Shown here: positions 57,501-64,000 of the stretch, in pieces | Layout: the number at the start of each line of letters is the position of its first letter | How positions within the stretch are numbered: position 1 is the stretch's first letter | NCBI GenBank assembly: GCA_002269645.1 | Contig: NIVC01001316.1 | Span: forward strand, 34,338-98,337 | Length of the DNA stretch: 64,000 nt | Direction: 5' to 3' | From: Macrostomum lignano | Lineage: Eukaryota | Program-made: the position numbers and the translations under genes | Notes under the pieces: model-generated | The model's input: the letters and a program-made list of their open reading frames with translations, nothing else | What the model was told of the DNA's origin: nothing | The model's database searches: none

Positions 57501-60500
57501 ATTTTAATGCATAAACTTGCGAGCATCTTTAGCAGGCAGTGAACGTACACTCGATATTTCAATGCTTAAAATCAGAAAGTTTCAAACACTAACTGTTGCT
57601 CGAGTTTTGAACTTAGAGAGGAGAGACTTATATTGCTGGAAAGATCTTGCTGCAATGAGTTCGGGGATATAAGTTTTTTGCTTTAAATATGAAAATTAAA
57701 TTCACAGCATTCAAGAAAAGATTTTCATACTTTTAGCTTTCTGCAAAGATTGTGCTCATTTTGGAGTTCAATGGGGGTTCGACCGACCCCCCAATAGTTG
57801 GTGGGGGGAGTTCAATTTCTAGCTGCACTGCGTATTGGAAGGGGGGTCGGTTGCTGTGTATTTGAGGGTTGATTTAGATTGCGCAATCTTTTTGTTAACT
57901 TTAACTGAGGCTGATACTGACTGCCTGAGAAATAAGTTGCGCAATTTAATTGGTTCAATGTTTTTACGGCGCCTTTCAACACGCAGCTGTCAACCCTAAC
58001 CCTAACCCTAACCAATGAATTCTGAGAGCTGGGCTATTTGACGTAGAAATTTCGATTTAGTCCAGTTTCACGGAGAGGATTTCTATTTCGCGGAGAATAT
58101 TTCGATGGTGTTCAGTTTCACGGAGAGGATTTCGATAGTGTTCAGTTTCACGGAGACGATTTCTGTTGCGCGGAGAGGTGTTGGAAAATGGGATTCCGCT
58201 TATGGAGTTCAGGGAATGGAATTCCGCTGATTGGAGTTCTTCCCCTTTCTTCTCCGAAGGAGGAGTTGGCCTCGTCTATATATACTAAAGTTGACGCGTT
58301 GTTTGTCTGTCTGTATGTCTGTCTGTATGTCTGTCTGTATGTCTGTCTGTCATTTCGACAACTCCTCCTTGAATAGTGCCAACTCAGCGTTGAAACTTAT
58401 ATGGGAAGATTGGAAATTATCCGAGGTCGGCTATAGGCTATTTTAATTCTGAAATTTTAATTTCTAAGATCCTCAAAAAAGCAGAAAACGGCGGTCTTGA
58501 CCTTTGATAATCTTAATTGTCCCCTCTTTCTGCTTGGAGCTGAAAATTTGCATGAATTTTAAGTGATTGCGCCATAAAATTTTGCTAACTTGGCAGTGTA
58601 TTTTCTCTCCAGTGGGGGGATAGGAGCGTTCTCAGTGGCGGCGTGTGTACACTTGGACCCTAGCTAACTGGCGGACAGTGAAATTCAATGCATCAATTTG
58701 CGAGCCTCTCTAGCAGGCAGTGAACGTACACTCGATATTTCAATGCTTTAAATCAGAAAGTTTCAAATGCTAACTGTTGCTCGATTTTTGAACTTTGAGA
58801 GGAGAGACTTATATTGCTGGAAAGATCTTGCAACGCTGAGTTCAGGGATATAAGTTGTTTGCTTTAACTGTAAAAATTAAAAGCACAGCATTCAAAAAAC
58901 GATTTTATTACTTTTACTTTTAACTTGCTGCAAAGATTGTACTTATTTTTGCGATAGGTCAGAGATAAATTTGGGGGGTTCAATTGCTAATTGCCACTGC
59001 GTAGTGGAAGGCGGTCGGGCGCTGTGTATTGGAGGGTTGATTTAGATTGCGCAATCTTTTTGTTAACTGTAACTGAGACTGATACTGACATACTGTGAAA
59101 TCAGTTGCGCCATCAATTTTGTTTTATTATCTGTGCCTTTCAATAGGCTGCCCTGTGTAATAGCCGGCCTGTGTAGTAAATGAATAAACTTGCGAGCCTC
59201 TTTGGCAGGCAGTGAACGTACACGCGACATTTCAATGCTTTAAAACGGGAACTTTCAAACGCTAACTGCTCTTCGAGTTCTAAACTTTAAGAGAAGAGAC
59301 TTATACTGCTGAAAAGATCTTGCAACGCTGAGTTCGAGGATATAAAATGTTTCAAAAAACCATTTCCATACTTTTAGCTTTATGCAAAGATTGTACTCAT
59401 TTTTTTGTTCAATGCCCCCAAAAGTTTGAGGTTCAATTTCTAACTGCCACTGCGTATTGAAAAGGGGTCGGTCTCTGTGTACTGGAGGGTTGATTTAGAT
59501 TGCGCAATTTTTTTGCTAACTTTAACTGAGACTGATACTGACTGACTGTGAAATCGGTTGCGCAATCAATTGATTCAATTGGTTCATTTTTTATTTGAAC
59601 ACGCAGCTGTGTGTAGCTCTAACCCTAACCCTAACCCTTAACAATAACCAATGAATCCTGATATTTATTCTTTTTGACGGAGAAAATTTCGATTGAGTCC
59701 AGTTTAAAAGAAAGAATTTCGATGGTTTTCAGTTTCACGGAGAGGATTTCTGTTTCGCGGAGAGGATTTCGATTCTCTTCAGTTTCACGGAGAGGATTTC
59801 GATGGTTTTCAGTTGCACGGACAGGATTTCTGCTTCGCGGAGAGGATCTTGATTGATTTGGCATCTTCAATCAGTCAGAGAAGAGAATAAAAAGAAGAAT
59901 GAAAAGAGAAGAGATATGAGATGGTAGAAAACAGAGTAGAAATGAGTGGAGAGATTAGACATGACAGATGGGAGAGAAGAGGGGATTAAGGCGGGAACGA
60001 AGGACAGAAAAGCGAAGAGGAGAGAGGAGATAAGAGTGGATATATGAGATAGCAAAGGGAGACAAGAGAGATAATAGGAGAGAGAATAGATGAAGGATAA
60101 GAGCGTACAGAGGAAATAGAAGAGAGGGGAGAGTAGAGGAGAAAGAAAGAGTGAGATGAGGGATGAGAGATGAGAGAGGAGCGGAGAGAGAAGAGAGAAA
60201 AGAGGAGAAAAAAGGGGAGAAAGGAGACAGACGAGAGTAGAGACGAAAGACGAGGGAGAAGATATAAATAAAGTAGTAGAGATGAGAGGAGAGGGAGGAG
60301 AGAGAAGCGAAAGGAAAAGAGCGAGAGGAGAGAGGAGAGAGATGAAAAATCAGAGATGAGAGAGTTAAGAGAGGAAGTAGTGAGGAGAGGAGAGATGAGA
60401 GATGCGAGGAGAAGAGATGAGTGAGAACATAAGAGAGAAGAGATTAGAGATTAGAAAAGAGAGAAGAGAAGAGACGGGGGTAGTGGAAAGGAGGAAAGAA

Positions 60501-60564
60501 AGATGGGAGACAAGAAAGTAGAGTCTGAGACCGTATATGAGATATAAGAAATGAGAGCAGAGAG

Positions 60565-60647
<83 letters not shown>

Positions 60648-63600
60648 TAAGAGAGACGATAGATAAGTGAGTAGAGATGACATATGAGAGAGAAGAGAAG
60701 AAGGAGAGATAAGAGAGAAGAGAGGAGACAGGAGACAGAAGTGAAGAATAGAGATGTGATAGAACAGAGAACAGAGGAGACAGGAGGGGTTACAGACGAA
60801 AGACGAGGGAGAAGAGATAAATAAGGAAGTAGGGGTAGAGATGAGATGAGAGAGAGGAGAGAGAAGAGAGTCACGATAATAGCGAAGAGAGGAGAGAGTA
60901 GATATGAGAGACGTAAGAGTCTTTGAGCTATGGTCTTTGAAAGGTTTGTAAAGAATTTGGAGATGATTTGGAAGATGGGGTTCAAGACATGGAATTTCAG
61001 TTGATGGATAATTCAGGGAATGGAATTCCGGTGATGGGAGTTCTTCCCCTTTCTCCTCCGAAGGAGGAGTTCCACTCGTCTATCTATCTATCTATATATA
61101 CTAAAGTTGACGTGTTGTTTGTCTGTCTGTCTGTGTGTCTGTCATTTCGACAACTCCTCCTTGAATAGTGGCAACTCAGCGTTGAAACTTATATGGGAAG
61201 ATTGGAAATTATCCGAGGTCGGCTATAGGCTATTTTAATTCTGAAATTTTAATTTCTAAGATCCTCAAAAAAGCAGAAAACGGCGGTCTTGACCTTTGAT
61301 AATCTTAATTGTCCCCTCTTTCTGCTTGGAGCTGAAAATTTGCATGAATTTCAAGTGATTGCGCCACAACTTTTCCCTATCTCTGCAGTGTATTTTCTCT
61401 CCAGTGGGGGGATGGGGCGTTCTAAATGGCTGCCTGTGTACAATCGGACCCTGGCTCACTGGCTGACTGTATAGACAATTGCGCAAAGATTTGTGTTCTA
61501 ATTTTCAATAGGCAGCCCTGTGATTTTGTTGAACGTTGAAATTCAATGCATAAACTTGCGGGCCTCTTTAGCAGGCAGTGAACGTACAATCGATATTTCA
61601 ATGCTTTAAATCAGAAAGTTTCAAACGCAAACTGTTGCTCGAGTTTTTAACTTTGAGAGAAAAAATTTATATTGCTGGAAAGAACTTGCAAAGCTGATTT
61701 CAGGGATATAAATTGTTTGCTTCAAATATGAAAACTAAAAGCTCTGCATTGCAAAAACTATTTCCATACTTTAAACTTTCTGCAAAGATTGTACTCATTT
61801 TGGCGAGAGGTGAGAGATAAAGTTGGGGGTTTCGACTTCTAACTGGCGCTGTGTATAGGAAGGGGGTCAGTTGCTTTGTATTGGAGGGTTGATTAGATTG
61901 CGCAAACTTTGTGTTAACTTTAACTGAGACTTATACTGACTAACACAGAAATATATTGCGCAATCAATTGATTCAATTGGTTAGCTTTTTTATTATCGGC
62001 CCTGTGTATTAGCTTGGCAGTGAAATTCAATGTACAAAATTGCGAGCCTCACAGGCAAGCAGTCAGGAAATCGGTAAATTTCAAACGCTAACTGCTCCTT
62101 GAGTTTTAAACTTTGAGAGGAGAGACTTATATTGCTGGAAAGATCTTGCAACGCTGAGTTTAGGGATATAAGTTGTTTGCTTTAAATATGAAAAGAAAAA
62201 GCACCGCATTTAAAAAACTATTTCCATACTTTTAACTTTCTGCAAAAATTGTACTCAGTTTTGCGAGACGTAATAGATAAAGTTGGGGGAGGGTTCAACT
62301 TCTCACTGCTGCTGTGTATTGGAGGGTTGATTTAGATTGCGCAATGTTTTTGTTAACTTTAACTGAGACTGATACTGACTGACTGTGAAATCGGTTGTGC
62401 AATGATTTGATTCAATTAATTCAATATTTTTATCAGTGCCTTTTAACACGAAGCTGTGCGTAGTTCTAACCCTAACCCTAACCCTAACCCTAACCCTAAT
62501 GAATCTGGCGAGTTGAGTTGTTTGACGGAAAAAATTCGATTAAGTCAAGTTTAGCGGAGACGATTTCAATGTTTAAATTCTGACGGAGAAGATTTCTGTT
62601 TCGTGAGAGGATTTCGATGATGTTCAGTTTCACGAAAGGATTTCCATGGTGTTCAGTTTCACGGAGAGGATTTCGATCATGTTCAGCTTCACGGAGAGGC
62701 TTTCTGTTTCGCGGAGATAATTTATGATTGATTTCTGTTTTATGGAAACAATTTTGATGGATTTAAGTTTCAAGGAGAGGATTTCGAAGGAGTCCAGTTT
62801 CACTGAGAGGATTTCGATGGTTTTTAGTTGCACAGACAGGATTTTTGCTTCGCGGAGAGGATCTTGATGGATTTGGCATCTTCAATCAGTCAGAGAAGAG
62901 TAAAGAGAAGACTGAGAAAGAGAAGAGAGAAGAGATGATAGAAAACAGAGTATAATTGAGTGGAGAGATTAGACATGACAGATTGGAGATGATAGGAGAG
63001 AGAATAAATGAGGGATAAGAGCGTACAGAGGCAATAGAAGAGAGGGGAGAGTAGAGGAGAAAGAAAGAGTGAGATGAGGAGATGAGGGATGAGAGAGCAG
63101 GGAGAGAGGAGGGAGAAGAGAGATGGAAGATAGAGATGAGAGAGATAAAAGTGCAGAGAGAAGTAATTAGTGAGGAGAAAGAAGAGAGTAAAATAAAAAT
63201 CAGAGCGCAGGCCGCAAGAGTTGAGAGATGGGAGTTGATAGATTGTAGAGGATTTGGAGATGATTTGGAAGATGGGATTCAATTCATTGAATTTCAGCTG
63301 ATAGGAGTTTCTCCCTTCAGAATTCCGGTGATGGAGTTCTTCCCCTTCAGAATTCCGGTGATGGGAGTTCTTCCCATTTATCCTCCGAAGGAGGAGTTCC
63401 ACTCGTATATACTAAAGTTGACGCGTTGTTTGTCTGTCTGTCTGTCATTTCGACAACTCCTCCTTGAATAGTGGCAACTCAGCGTTGAAACTTATATGGG
63501 AAGATTGGAAATTATCCGAGGTCGGCTATAGGCTATTTTAATTCTGAAATTTTAATTTCTAAGATCCTCAAAAGCAGAAAAGGCGGTCTTGACCTTTGAT

Positions 63601-64000
63601 AATCTTAATTGTCCCCTCTTTCTGCTTGAGCTGAAAATTTGCATGATTTCAAGTGATTGCGCACACAACTTTTCCCTATCTCTGCAGTGTATTTTCTCTC
63701 CAGTGGGGGGATGGCGTTCTAAATGGCTGCATGTGTACAATCGGACCCTGGCTCACCGGCTGACTTTATAGACAATTGCGCAAAGATTTGTGTTCTAATT
63801 TTCAATAGGCAGCCCTGTGATTTTGTTGAACCTTGAAATTCAATGCATAAACTTGCGGGCCTCTTTAGCAGAGCAGTGAAGCTACAATCGATATTTCAAT
63901 GCTTTAAATCAGAAAGTTTCAAACGCTAACTGTTGCTCGAGTTTTTAACTTTGAGAGAAAAAATTAATATTGCTGGAAAGAACTTGCAAAGCTGATTTCA
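51597..64000 (+). mobile_element. Tandem array of non-autonomous family-B Helitrons: 51597-54059, 54060-55825, 55826-57050, 57051-58274, 58275-61078, 61079-63405, 63406-end
   Basis: Each starts T(C)...TACTAAA(A/G)...GTTTGTCTGT and ends with a CTCCTCC/GGAGGAG-type hairpin plus CTCG. Confidence 0.88.
59870..60900 (+). repeat. GA-rich polypurine tract with a (GA)n microsatellite (~60570-60645); related tracts at ~53250-53900 and ~62900-63230
   Basis: The plus strand is almost all A/G. Confidence 0.85.

Overview
Eukaryotic repeat-dense window made almost entirely of nested mobile DNA; no host gene is recognisable. (TTAGGG)n tracts suggest a non-arthropod animal (inference). (1) An outer Polinton/Maverick (adintovirus-like) element occupies 1-5479 and resumes at 40762-42320. 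(2) It is split, to the nucleotide, by a 35.3-kb head-to-tail concatemer of non-autonomous Helitrons (TC...hairpin-CTAG; 5480-40761) that also holds 23-bp and 18-bp satellites. (3) Inside that concatemer is a complete second Polinton (7902-24009) with ~474-bp TIRs, a 6-bp TSD (AAGAAT) and pPolB, integrase, protease, packaging ATPase, major and minor capsid, PLA2 and accessory genes; several carry frameshifts or stops. (4) A second Helitron family inserts at an A|T site in the outer capsid gene (42321 onward): an intact 9-exon RepHel element (42321-51596) followed by a tandem array of derivatives ending in CTCG. The most striking unexplained feature is at the left end of the complete Polinton: a perfect heat-shock element between two divergent TATA boxes, upstream of an orphan HTH-like/acidic-tail ORF that is followed by six 119-bp repeats, each with an 18-bp palindrome and a copy of the element's terminal octamer. 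This is a candidate stress-inducible control cassette for an endogenous DNA virus (inference, untested). All coordinates, alignments and identities were read by eye.
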